From: Chthonomonadales bacterium
GTDB lineage: Bacteria > Armatimonadota > Chthonomonadetes > Chthonomonadales > CAJBBX01
Reading direction: 5' to 3'
Length of the DNA stretch: 64,000 nucleotides
Assembly: GCA_049967475.1 (NCBI GenBank)
Contig: JBMFSQ010000003.1
Span: 96,001-160,000, forward strand
The notes under the pieces are model-generated. The model was not told where the DNA came from, ran no database searches, and saw nothing but the letters and a program-made list of their open reading frames with translations. Made by a program: the position numbers and the translations under genes. Below are positions 9,590 to 20,338 of the stretch, piece after piece. Numbering within the stretch: position 1 is the first letter of the stretch; the number at the start of each line of letters is the position of its first letter.

Positions 9590-10342
9590 CTACCCGGCTG
9601 CGGTTTCTAGAACCTCGTCGGGGATGTCGAAGTTGGCGTGTACCGTCTGAACGTCGTCCAGATCTTCCAACAGGTCCATGAGGCGCAACACCTGCTGAGC
9701 TTCTTTGCCTTCGACGCGCACGGTGGTCGCCGGGATGCGGGTTATTTCCGCCGACGAAATCTGGATCGCTGCGTTTTGGAGGGCTGTCTGTACGGCGGAG
9801 AGATTGCCGGGTTCGGTGAGGACACTGAACACATCCTCTTCCGCCTTCACATCGTCGGCTCCGGCATCCAGGGCGGCGGCGATGAGAGTGTCCTCGTCGG
9901 TGCCTTGCTTGGGGACGGTAATGAGGCCGACCGGTGGGCTGAAGAGGTACGACACGGCGCCGCTTTCCGCCAGACGGCCTCCGTTCTTCGTAAGGATGCT
10001 TCGGATGTCCGCTACGGTCCGGTTTCGGTTATCCGTAGCGCACTCGATGATCATGGCCACGCCGCCGGGGCCGTAGGCTTCGTAGGTGATTTCCTCGTAG
10101 ACGGCCCCTTCGATCTCACCTGTGCCGCGCTGGATGGCGTTCTTGATCTTGTCTTGCGGCATCGAATTCTCACGCGCCTTCTGGATGGCCAGGCGCAGGC
10201 GCAGGTTCGCTTCAGGGTTGCCTCCGCCGGTCTTGGCGGCAACGATGATTTCGCGGGCGAGCTTTGTGAACTTGGCCCCGCGTTCGGCATCCATCTTGCC
10301 CTTCTTAAGGCGGATGTTGTGCCATTTGGAATGTCCAGACAA
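9590..10342 (-). CDS. yebC: YebC/PmpR family protein
   Basis: MSGHSKWHNIR, YEAYGPGGVA, TDNRNRT, DLDDVQTVHAN; TTG start. Confidence 0.97.
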   Translation of the reverse strand: MSGHSKWHNIRLKKGKMDAERGAKFTKLAREIIVAAKTGGGNPEANLRLRLAIQKARENSMPQDKIKNAIQRGTGEIEGAVYEEITYEAYGPGGVAMIIECATDNRNRTVADIRSILTKNGGRLAESGAVSYLFSPPVGLITVPKQGTDEDTLIAAALDAGADDVKAEEDVFSVLTEPGNLSAVQTALQNAAIQISSAEITRIPATTVRVEGKEAQQVLRLMDLLEDLDDVQTVHANFDIPDEVLETAAG

Positions 10343-10397
10343 GGGCGAACCAACCCCTTTCTATCAGCAGTATGAAAGGAACCTTTTCTATGAGGCG

Positions 10398-10426
10398 ATT
10401 ATAGCACAGCCGAGGCCGGGCGTCAA
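10398..10426 (-). promoter_or_regulatory. sigma70 promoter of yebC (and possibly the downstream ABC/MoxR operon)
   Basis: TTGACG-N17-TATAAT with extended -10 TG. Confidence 0.8.
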
Positions 10427-10583
10427 AAAGGTCAGAACGACGGCGGGATGAGACACGGCCGTGCTGCTAGGGTGATCTACCGCGTGCGGGGAGCGAGGTC
10501 CGCGCCTCTCATGATGCCGAAAGCAGATCCAGCGCTCGCCGTTTCGGCGGAGGAGGCGGCTCGATAGGCCTCATGCACGCGGG

Positions 10584-10784
10584 CTAACCCGGTGTCTCCC
10601 TAATCTCGGGCGGCGCGTCCCACCCAATGAGGCACATACTCGCTGCTGCGGTGTGGTGCTTGCCGTAGGCAATGAAGTGCACCACGTCGCCATACACGGT
10701 GATCTCGGCCTTTTCGTAGTACGTGCCTCGGTCGTGCCCAGGCTCAGTGACGCTGATCGTTCCCTGTCCCTTTATGACCACCAT
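10584..10784 (-). CDS. Small hypothetical protein (66 aa, beta-rich)
   Basis: AAGGAG SD before ATG 10784; own promoter upstream; MVVIKGQGTISVTEPGHDRG... Confidence 0.65.
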   Translation of the reverse strand: MVVIKGQGTISVTEPGHDRGTYYEKAEITVYGDVVHFIAYGKHHTAAASMCLIGWDAPPEIRETPG

Positions 10785-10827
10785 AGCGATGCTCCTTTGC
10801 CGTTCTGCGGATGCTTCTCCGCCGAGG

Positions 10828-10856
10828 ATTATATCAGCTTGTGCCTCGTCAGCCAA
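10828..10856 (-). promoter_or_regulatory. sigma70 promoter of the 66-aa ORF
   Basis: TTGGCT-N17-TATAAT with extended -10 TG. Confidence 0.6.
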
Positions 10857-10961
10857 GGGCACACGTTTGGGTTGTACTCCGCTTCTCGTAGAATGCGGGC
10901 AGCCCACTCCCATTGCGGCAGAGTGAGGCCGCCCGCAGTTTGGCACCCGGGGAAAGCCGGA

Positions 10962-12946
<1,985 letters not shown>

Positions 12947-13015
12947 ATGCGGAACCCTCCTGCAGCTTGTGGATTGAGTGTGCGGCGGTGGTCGAGTGCA
13001 ACGCCGACCGCCCGC

Positions 13016-13042
13016 TTAGCACTCTACCATCGAGAGTGCTAA
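13016..13042. promoter_or_regulatory. CIRCE element (HrcA operator)
   Basis: Perfect TTAGCACTC-N9-GAGTGCTAA upstream of groES. Confidence 0.97.
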
Positions 13043-13045
13043 TAT

Positions 13046-13075
13046 AATCTACTGAATATGGCCGGCTTCTGTCAA
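13046..13075 (-). promoter_or_regulatory. groESL sigma70 promoter
   Basis: TTGACA-N18-TAGATT immediately upstream of CIRCE. Confidence 0.7.
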
Positions 13076-13078
13076 GCG

Positions 13079-13819
13079 CTAGCCGATGTGGATTAAGCCG
13101 GCATGGCGCACTGCGATAACCAGCAGGTCCAGCGTTGCCGATATGGCCCAATGGAGGGCAAATCCAGGGAGAAACGAACGGGTACGAAGGGCCAGCCAGC
13201 CCATGATGAGGCCTCCGGGAAAAGAAGAGAGGAACTCCGGCGTAGGTTTTCCCAGGTGCATGAGCCCGAAACCCACAGCTTGAAGCACTACCCCCGCCGT
13301 GGAGCCCCAGCCTCGGGCGATGCCGAAGGTGAGGAAACCGCGATAGAAGAACTCCCAGCAGAACAAATAGAAGCCGTACGTGATCTCGTAGGCTGCCAGC
13401 GCCGCCCAGCTATTCGCAGCCGAATGAAACAGCGGGTACTGCGCTTGGAAGTCTGGGCGGTGAGCCGCGAGCCAAAGCACCGGCAACATGAGGATGTAGA
13501 AGAACCACACCACACGGGCCGTTCGGGCCTCTGGAGGCCGTAAGCCGAAGGCCCAAGGCGACTGCTTGAAGCCTGCCAGGATCAGAAGGAGCGCAGGCAG
13601 GGCAAGGAGCGTGGTATTCACCACCAGGTACTCGTCCCAGGAGTAGGGAATAGGAGAGCTCGGCGGGCTCCACACGGACCTCTGTTGGAGGTTGTAATGC
13701 GTTAGCCACGCGATAACGCCGGATCCTACGAGGAGCGTTGCCAGACTTTGGCCGGCTGCGTGATGGCCTCCGCCGCCCGTCTTGGCTTCCGCTACGCTGG
13801 AAGGATCCTCCGAATACAT
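13079..13819 (-). CDS. CPBP family (Abi/CAAX-like) intramembrane glutamic protease
   Basis: WEFFYRGFL, FGLMHLGKP, HWAISA motifs, multiple TM segments; start overlaps the amidohydrolase stop. Confidence 0.85.
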   Translation of the reverse strand: MYSEDPSSVAEAKTGGGGHHAAGQSLATLLVGSGVIAWLTHYNLQQRSVWSPPSSPIPYSWDEYLVVNTTLLALPALLLILAGFKQSPWAFGLRPPEARTARVVWFFYILMLPVLWLAAHRPDFQAQYPLFHSAANSWAALAAYEITYGFYLFCWEFFYRGFLTFGIARGWGSTAGVVLQAVGFGLMHLGKPTPEFLSSFPGGLIMGWLALRTRSFLPGFALHWAISATLDLLVIAVRHAGLIHIG

Positions 13820-15213
13820 CACGCCTCGATCCGTGTGGACGCCAATCGGCACGCAGTGGAAGCAAAGCGCTGCCGGTAGCGGGCCAGCCTGCACCCAGGA
13901 AACGAAGGCCGGCCATGCAGGCGGGAATAGATGACCGTACCTTCCACCATGGTCAAGAGGACGTCCCTCGCTGAAGCGGAATGGACAAGGCTTGTGACGG
14001 GATCATAACACGGTTGGAGGGGCAATCCGTCCAGGCTGATGGCGGCAAGGTCCGCCCATTTCCCTACCTCCAGCGATCCGGCATCTCCGGCCATTCCGAG
14101 TGCCGAAGCGCCACCCAGCGTTGCCATGTAGAGCAGATCGGCGGCTGTGGGGGCGTCGGCTGTTCGGTTGGTTGCACGATGGATCAGAAGGGCACAACGC
14201 ATCTCTTCGAACAAGTCCATGGTATTGTTTGACGCTACGCTGTCGCTCCCGAGCCCGATGGGCACGCTCCCTTGCAGCGGATCCTTGGAACGAAGGGATG
14301 AGAGGAACGCCAGGAGCGGGGACACGCCGTTGCCCAGCTTCGCGTTGGACTTGGGGCAATGCGCCCAGGACGCGCCGGCGCGAGCAGCGCGCCGGAAATC
14401 TGCATGGCCTACCTGAACACCATGTACGAGAAGCGTGTCGGAGGAAAGAACCCCGCATTCATCGAGATACGCAATCGTGCTCATCCCGGGCGGCGATTGC
14501 CACCAAGAAGTTCCACGCTCGCGAAGGATGCGTGCAAACTCACCTTCATCGCGCAGCAGAAGGAGTGCTTCTTGTTGGCTTTCGGCTGCGTGGATGCATA
14601 GGGGGAGGCGCTCTTGCCGCGCGAAGCGGACCACTGCTTTGAGGGCTTCAGGGTGAAGGGTATAGGGCGCATGTGGGGACACCCCCAGGCGCAGGCGTGA
14701 GGATTTGGTGTGAGGGCGCAGGCGGTGCAAGGCTTGCCGCAGCCTCGCGAGGGTCGCTTCCACGGGCTCGTTGGGATCCAGGGCAAAAACCTCTTGGTAG
14801 ATCACGCCCTTAAGCCCAATGATGCGGGCCGCCCTCACAGCCGCGCCACTATCTGTACAATCCCCGATCGTCGTGACGCCCGCAGCGGCAGCTTCCGCCG
14901 CCCCTAAGACGGCCGACGCAAGCCAGTCCTCATCTGTAAGGAGGTTCTTACGTTGAACCAGAGCCCTAATCCAGGGAAAGAACGGGAGGTCTTCCAGCAG
15001 GCCGCGGAACACGGTGTAGTCCAGATGCGTGTGGGCGTTCACCAAGCCGGGGAGCACGATGGCGTTGCCCAGATCCAGAACATTCGGCACGGTTTGCTTC
15101 GGGGCCGCCGGGCGGATGTCCGCAATGCGACCGTTCTCGATAAGGACTTCGCCGTTATGGATGGGGGGCGCCGCCACCGGCACAATCCAGCGCGCGCGAA
15201 CGCATCGCGTCAC
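13819..15213 (-). CDS. Metal-dependent amidohydrolase (MTA/SAH deaminase-like)
   Basis: PGLVNAHTH, SPHAPY, HAAES, HCPKSNAKLG, GLGSDS; probable GTG start overlapping the upstream TGA. Confidence 0.9.
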   Translation of the reverse strand: MTRCVRARWIVPVAAPPIHNGEVLIENGRIADIRPAAPKQTVPNVLDLGNAIVLPGLVNAHTHLDYTVFRGLLEDLPFFPWIRALVQRKNLLTDEDWLASAVLGAAEAAAAGVTTIGDCTDSGAAVRAARIIGLKGVIYQEVFALDPNEPVEATLARLRQALHRLRPHTKSSRLRLGVSPHAPYTLHPEALKAVVRFARQERLPLCIHAAESQQEALLLLRDEGEFARILRERGTSWWQSPPGMSTIAYLDECGVLSSDTLLVHGVQVGHADFRRAARAGASWAHCPKSNAKLGNGVSPLLAFLSSLRSKDPLQGSVPIGLGSDSVASNNTMDLFEEMRCALLIHRATNRTADAPTAADLLYMATLGGASALGMAGDAGSLEVGKWADLAAISLDGLPLQPCYDPVTSLVHSASARDVLLTMVEGTVIYSRLHGRPSFPGCRLARYRQRFASTACRLASTRIEA

Positions 15214-15839
15214 TGGACCGGTTGGCTCCAAAGCTGGTCGAGCTGGGATCTGGAGAGGTTCTTGCAATGCCCATCCCCGTGGAGGACGTTATAGCGCATG
15301 CGGTCTGTGAAGACCCCGCCGTGCCACTTACCCGCCGCGTCGAAAAGTACATTCACCGAAGCCGGGTTGGGAAAACTCTCTTCGGTTACATGCCGGAAGG
15401 CAATCTCGGTACGGTAGTTGTAGCTCGTGTGAAACTTGGCATAGCTCGTAGGAGTTGCATCCAAGAGTTCGCCTGTGAAATCCTCTACGGTGTACCCGGT
15501 GTCGGCGGGGCAATGGAAGATCTCCGGGGATTTGATGTAGGGCTGGAGGACCTCGTGGAGCATGGGCATATACGGGATTTGAGCCTGGAATTCCGGAAAG
15601 CCGCTCCAAATTTGCGGCGTGTACCGGTCTGTAGCATCCAGCGCGTAGGGGTAGAGGTCATCGTAATCTTGGCTGTACATCCGGATGGACATGCCGATCT
15701 GCCGAAGGTTGCTCAGGCAGGTGATCTCCCGTGCCTTGCCGCGTGCCGTGGCGAATACGGGAAAGAGGAGAGCGGCGAGCAATGCAATGATGCCGATCAC
15801 CGTAAGGAGTTCCACAAGCGTATAGCCTCGCTGCCGCAT
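15210..15839 (-). CDS. Prepilin-type N-terminal cleavage/methylation protein (DUF1559-like, H-X9-DG-type C-terminus)
   Basis: RG|YTLVELLTVIGIIALLAALLFPVFATAR..CLSNLRQIG; C-terminal WH...NVLHGDGH. Confidence 0.9.
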   Translation of the reverse strand: MRQRGYTLVELLTVIGIIALLAALLFPVFATARGKAREITCLSNLRQIGMSIRMYSQDYDDLYPYALDATDRYTPQIWSGFPEFQAQIPYMPMLHEVLQPYIKSPEIFHCPADTGYTVEDFTGELLDATPTSYAKFHTSYNYRTEIAFRHVTEESFPNPASVNVLFDAAGKWHGGVFTDRMRYNVLHGDGHCKNLSRSQLDQLWSQPVQ

Positions 15840-15946
15840 GGGTCCCTCACGCCCGCAGGATATCCCGAATTATACAGGAAATAGACACCGGGAGCAAGCC
15901 GACACGGCGCATCAACGAAGGCACAGCCTATGGCGCGTGCTCCTGC

Positions 15947-16930
15947 TCACTCCGCGTGCTTTACATAGATAGATGCGTGGTACCGCCGGGCAAGGCTTCT
16001 TCCACGTTCCTCTCCAATCACGCTGATGGCCGTGGAAAGGCCATCCGAAGTGGTAGCATTGGGTGCGATGACCGTCACCTCGATGCGGTCGGTAAGTCCC
16101 ATGCCGGTGTGGGGATCCACGATGTGCGAGTAGCGTTTGCCGCCGATCTCCAGATACTGCTCGGTGTCGCCGGATGTGGAGATGCCGCAGTTGTGCAGGA
16201 CAAGTTCCGGCGGGCTTCCTTTGCGCGCCGCGTTGGGAATTGCGATGCGCCACCCCGCCTCCCCTGGCGGAGGGTCGCCGAGGGCGATATCTCCGCCCGC
16301 TTCCACGAGTGCGCTGCGGATGCCGCAACGCTTGAGTTCAACTAGCGCAGCGTCGTCTGCGTAGCCTTTGGCGATGCCGCCCAGGTCCAGCTTCATCCCC
16401 GGCAAAGCCAGGCGCACCGTTTTGCGCGCATCGTCCAGGATGATGTTCTGCCAGCCTACGAGCTTCCGGGCCGAGGCGATCTGTTGGGCATCGGGCAGTA
16501 CATGCATCATTCGGGCGCGCCTCCAAAGGGCAACTTCCGGACCCACTGTGACATCAAATCCCCCGCCGGTGAGGCGCGAGAGCTCTACGGATGCGCGCAA
16601 AATTCTGAAGAGATCCTCGCTCACGCGGATTGGGGGTCCTCCGGACGCCGCGCATAACCGCATCAGCTCGCTGGATGGACGGTAATCGCTCATGATCTGG
16701 TCCAGTTCTTCAAAACGGCGGAATGCGGCTGCGGCGGCCCGGTCTGCGGCGGCTTCATCGGGGGCGTAGAGAAGGATGCGCACTTGCACGCCCATATGGA
16801 TTTGAGTATACTGGAAGCGCGTCCATGCCTTTTGGAGCGGGTTTGCGCGGCCTCCAAGAGGGCTCCCCAACCATCCACTCCAAACCACAAGACATAAGAG
16901 GACATCCTTGCGCATGAAGAACTTACCCAT
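15947..16930 (-). CDS. apbE: FAD:protein FMN transferase ApbE
   Basis: MSDYRPSSEL, GGFDVTVGP, LDLGGIAKGYA, STSGD, RYSHIVDPHTG, SDGLSTA; start 16915-16936 uncertain. Confidence 0.93.
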   Translation of the reverse strand: MGKFFMRKDVLLCLVVWSGWLGSPLGGRANPLQKAWTRFQYTQIHMGVQVRILLYAPDEAAADRAAAAAFRRFEELDQIMSDYRPSSELMRLCAASGGPPIRVSEDLFRILRASVELSRLTGGGFDVTVGPEVALWRRARMMHVLPDAQQIASARKLVGWQNIILDDARKTVRLALPGMKLDLGGIAKGYADDAALVELKRCGIRSALVEAGGDIALGDPPPGEAGWRIAIPNAARKGSPPELVLHNCGISTSGDTEQYLEIGGKRYSHIVDPHTGMGLTDRIEVTVIAPNATTSDGLSTAISVIGEERGRSLARRYHASIYVKHAE

Positions 16931-16958
16931 CGGCATTCCCCGACCCGTACAGTGGAAT

Positions 16959-17804
16959 ATGGCGCCGGTGCTGGCACCGTGGATCATTATGGCATTGATC
17001 GGCGGGGGTCCTGGCCAAGCGGCAAAGCAGAAGCCGGCTCAGGCACGCCATCCGTCATCTGGGATCGCGCCGTACACGGAGACTGTTACCGTGACTGGCG
17101 ACAGCAACAAGGTACGCTTCGACATGGTGCCCGTGAAGGGAGGAACGTTCACCTTTGTGGATCCCGTGTCCGGAGCTTCGCGCGTAGTGGCAGTAAAACC
17201 CTTTTGGATCGAAAAGACCGAGGTCACGTGGGATCAGTTCGATCAATTTCTGATTGTGCCCGAGAAGCCCAAGCCCGGCACTGCCGATGCCGTCGCGCGG
17301 CCCAGTCACCCGTACATGCCGCCGGATCGCGGCTTTGGCCACGCGGGGTATCCAGCCATATCGCTCACATACTACTCGGCCCAACAGTACTGCAAATGGC
17401 TTTCACTCAAGACGGGCCGAAAGTACCGCCTGCCCACGGAAGTCGAATGGGAATTTGCGTGCAGGTGCGGCGGCCCTCCGGTAAGGCTGGATGAGAAGGG
17501 ATTGCAGCAAGTAGCGTGGTATTCAGGTAATGCAGGCGGCAGCACGCATCCTGTAGGGAAGAAAGAACCCAACGCCTTCGGGCTCTACGACATGCTGGGA
17601 AATGCCGGGGAGTGGTGTATCGGTGTGGATGGCAAACCCGTGCTTCGCGGAGGATCGTTCATGGATCCTCCTACCAAAGTCAATTGCCGCGCTCGGGCGC
17701 GTCAAACCCCTGCATGGAACCAAACGGATCCCCAGATCCCCAAGAGCAAGTGGTGGCTTTCGGACGGCCCCTTCGCGGGCTTTCGCGTGGTGCGTGAACC
17801 CTGA
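16959..17804 (+). CDS. FGE-sulfatase (SUMF1) domain protein
   Basis: KTEVT, YRLPTEVEWEFACR, PNAFGLYDMLGNAGEWC, RGGSF, GFRVV; start uncertain. Confidence 0.9.
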   Translation: MAPVLAPWIIMALIGGGPGQAAKQKPAQARHPSSGIAPYTETVTVTGDSNKVRFDMVPVKGGTFTFVDPVSGASRVVAVKPFWIEKTEVTWDQFDQFLIVPEKPKPGTADAVARPSHPYMPPDRGFGHAGYPAISLTYYSAQQYCKWLSLKTGRKYRLPTEVEWEFACRCGGPPVRLDEKGLQQVAWYSGNAGGSTHPVGKKEPNAFGLYDMLGNAGEWCIGVDGKPVLRGGSFMDPPTKVNCRARARQTPAWNQTDPQIPKSKWWLSDGPFAGFRVVREP

Positions 17805-17858
17805 CGCCATCGTGCATGGTGCCCTCGGGCGGACACAGGGCTTGGAAAGGAGATTGGC

Positions 17859-19151
17859 ATGACTGAAGAACGTGGCCAGGATCGTAATCACGTTACGCGG
17901 CGCCAGTTCCTAAAAACATCGGCTGCAAGCGCCGCAGCGTCTCTGTTCGCGGCGATGCCGCCGGGCCTCGGCTATGTGCAGGGATCCGACCGCATCAAAG
18001 TAGGGGTCATCGGCTGTGGCGGTCGCGGAACAGGTGCGACGCATGATTGCGCGAACGCTGCGCCGGGCGTGGTCATCTGGGCGCTGGGCGACATGTTCCG
18101 CGACCGCCTCGACGGATGCCGAGGCTCCCTGGCTCAACTCGGTAACAAAGCCGAGGTCACCGACAGCCGCTGCTTTGTAGGCTTGGACGCCTATAAAGGC
18201 GTACTCGGCAGCGGCGTGGACCTGGTGATCCTCGCGACGCCCCCAGGCTTTCGGCCGATCCACTTTCAGGCGGCAGTAGAGGCGGGCAAGCATGTCTTTA
18301 TGGAGAAGCCTGTCGGCACGGACGCGCCGGGCATCCGCAAGATCTTGGCGGCCGCCGGCCTGGCGGAGCAGAAGGGGCTGGCCGTGGTAGCCGGCACTCA
18401 AAGGCGGCATCAGGCGAGTTATGTGGAGGCCATCAAGCGCATCCATGATGGAGCGATCGGCGATCTGGTTGCCGGCCAGGTCTACTGGAACGGCGGCGGC
18501 GTGGGCAACGGCGTGCCGCCCAAGGCGCCGGGGCAGACAGACCTGGAATGGATGATACGCTCGTGGTATCAGTTCTTGTGGCTCTGCGGAGACCATATCG
18601 TAGAGCAGCACGTTCATAACCTGGACGTAGCCAACTGGGTATTCAACGCGCACCCCGTGAGCGCCATGGGCGTGGGAGGTCGCTCCCAGCGCACCGATCC
18701 TGTGCGCTTTCCCATGATCTTCGATCACTTCGCCATAGACTACGAATATCCTAACGGCGTGCACATCTTGAGTATGTGTCGCCATTGGGACGATTGCCCG
18801 GGGAATGTGTCCGAGCATATCGTGGGAACAAAGGGTACTGCCAATCCGTGGGGACAGATTTCGGGACCCAATGCATGGCGGTTCTCGGGCAATAACCCCA
18901 ATCCCTATGTTCAGGAGCATGCGGACCTAATCGCGAGCATCCGGGCAGGAAAGCCGCTCAATGAGGCGCGCCAGGTAGCGGAGAGTACTCTCACCGCGAT
19001 CATGGGACGTATGGCGGCCTATACAGGCCAGGTGATCACTTGGGACCAGGCGCTCAATTCGCAAGAGAACCTGTATCCCGATCTTACCGATCCCAAGGCT
19101 CCGATCCCTGTAGGCAAGCCGCCGGTTCCAGGCAAAACGCATTTCGTGTAA
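17859..19151 (+). CDS. Tat-exported Gfo/Idh/MocA oxidoreductase
   Basis: TRRQFLK Tat motif, IGCGGRG, GKHVFMEKP, GTQRRH, EQHVHNLD. Confidence 0.92.
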   Translation: MTEERGQDRNHVTRRQFLKTSAASAAASLFAAMPPGLGYVQGSDRIKVGVIGCGGRGTGATHDCANAAPGVVIWALGDMFRDRLDGCRGSLAQLGNKAEVTDSRCFVGLDAYKGVLGSGVDLVILATPPGFRPIHFQAAVEAGKHVFMEKPVGTDAPGIRKILAAAGLAEQKGLAVVAGTQRRHQASYVEAIKRIHDGAIGDLVAGQVYWNGGGVGNGVPPKAPGQTDLEWMIRSWYQFLWLCGDHIVEQHVHNLDVANWVFNAHPVSAMGVGGRSQRTDPVRFPMIFDHFAIDYEYPNGVHILSMCRHWDDCPGNVSEHIVGTKGTANPWGQISGPNAWRFSGNNPNPYVQEHADLIASIRAGKPLNEARQVAESTLTAIMGRMAAYTGQVITWDQALNSQENLYPDLTDPKAPIPVGKPPVPGKTHFV

Positions 19152-19209
19152 CGCGTGTGTCAGGGGGAGCAGTGTATCAAGGCTCCCCCTCAAGCAAGGA
19201 GGCAAAACC

Positions 19210-19542
19210 ATGCCCGTTGTCCTTACGCGGTCTTCATCGGGCAGCACCGGGAAGGGATCAGCCGGAAGCAGCCCGGGAGGCATTCGGAAGCCGAAAATGC
19301 TCGCTGCTGCCATCGGGGTGCTTGTCCTGGTACTGCTTCTGGCGGCGGGTGGTTACTGGCTGCTGGGAGGGAGCAAGGCATCCGTACCTTCTTCCACCCC
19401 TTCCGCGATGCCGGAAGCCGGCGGAGCTGCTTTCACTCCGCCCCGGAAGCCTGCACCTCCTGTGGGGGCGGGTAACCTCCAAGGAGCGGCCGCTCCGAAC
19501 ATGCCGGTAGACATCCGAGATCAGACCGAATTCGGCAAGTAG
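19210..19542 (+). CDS. Hypothetical single-pass membrane protein, Pro-rich
   Basis: AAGGAGG SD, one TM segment. Confidence 0.65.
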   Translation: MPVVLTRSSSGSTGKGSAGSSPGGIRKPKMLAAAIGVLVLVLLLAAGGYWLLGGSKASVPSSTPSAMPEAGGAAFTPPRKPAPPVGAGNLQGAAAPNMPVDIRDQTEFGK

Positions 19543-19657
19543 GGGAGCGCACCTTCCGCGTGCACTCAATCGTGTGCGCGCTGAGTACCGCTTGTGTTTC
19601 AACAAGCTGCATGCCGCCTCTGGGCATTCGCCAACCTGTACCTGGAAAGGAGAGCCC

Positions 19658-20317
19658 ATGTCTGCCCGTGTCTTCACAACGACGTCTATCCTTCTTTTGT
19701 GCGCCGGCCTTCTCACAAGCCCGTACTGGGTTCGTGCTGCCGGGTTCCGCGCAGAGAGCGGCACCATCGCGCAGGTGGACTTGCAGCGTGTCTATCTGGC
19801 CAGCGACGCTCGCAAGGCTGCGCAGCAGCACATCCGGCAATATGGCCAAATCCTCTTCGAGCGGTACGCCGCAACCGCGCGCCTCAAATACCTCAACCCC
19901 GACGAACTCACGCAGTATACGCAGGCCGTCAACGCCCAAAATCCCACCCCTGAGGACAAAGCCACCGTGTCGCGCCTGGAAGCGGAATCCACGCGCCGCA
20001 TGGCCGAGATGCAGGCGTTGAGTGAGAAGAAGCAGTCCGATCTCACGGATGCTGATCGAAAGCGCATCAAGGAGCTGAGCGACATTCAGGCTCTTCAACC
20101 GCAAGCGCTGGAAACGCTTCGAAACATCTATCAACAGATGGTGACCGATGAGCAGGACAAGGCAACGCAGCAGGGATTGGCTGAGGTCCGCGCCATCGTG
20201 CGGAAGGTAGCGAAGGAGCATTCCATCACCGAGGTGTTCGACACATCCAGCCTCGTGGTAGCTCCCGTGGATCTTACGGACGAAGTTCTCGCTCGAGCGA
20301 CGGGCAAGAAGCGCTAG
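19658..20317 (+). CDS. OmpH/Skp-like periplasmic chaperone
   Basis: AAGGAG SD, signal peptide, IAQVDLQRV, helical body, VAKEHSITEVFD..VDLTDEVL. Confidence 0.8.
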   Translation: MSARVFTTTSILLLCAGLLTSPYWVRAAGFRAESGTIAQVDLQRVYLASDARKAAQQHIRQYGQILFERYAATARLKYLNPDELTQYTQAVNAQNPTPEDKATVSRLEAESTRRMAEMQALSEKKQSDLTDADRKRIKELSDIQALQPQALETLRNIYQQMVTDEQDKATQQGLAEVRAIVRKVAKEHSITEVFDTSSLVVAPVDLTDEVLARATGKKR

Positions 20318-20338
20318 GAGCTCAATTTGGGGCATGCC

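Noticed and set aside
10421..10437. CtsR-box-like CGTCAAA-AA-GGTCAGA
   Set aside because: Wrong spacing, mismatches, and explained by the yebC -35 element
12975..13002. Second CIRCE-like half sites (GAGTG..GAGTGCAA) in the groES leader
   Set aside because: Direct rather than inverted arrangement; not a complete CIRCE
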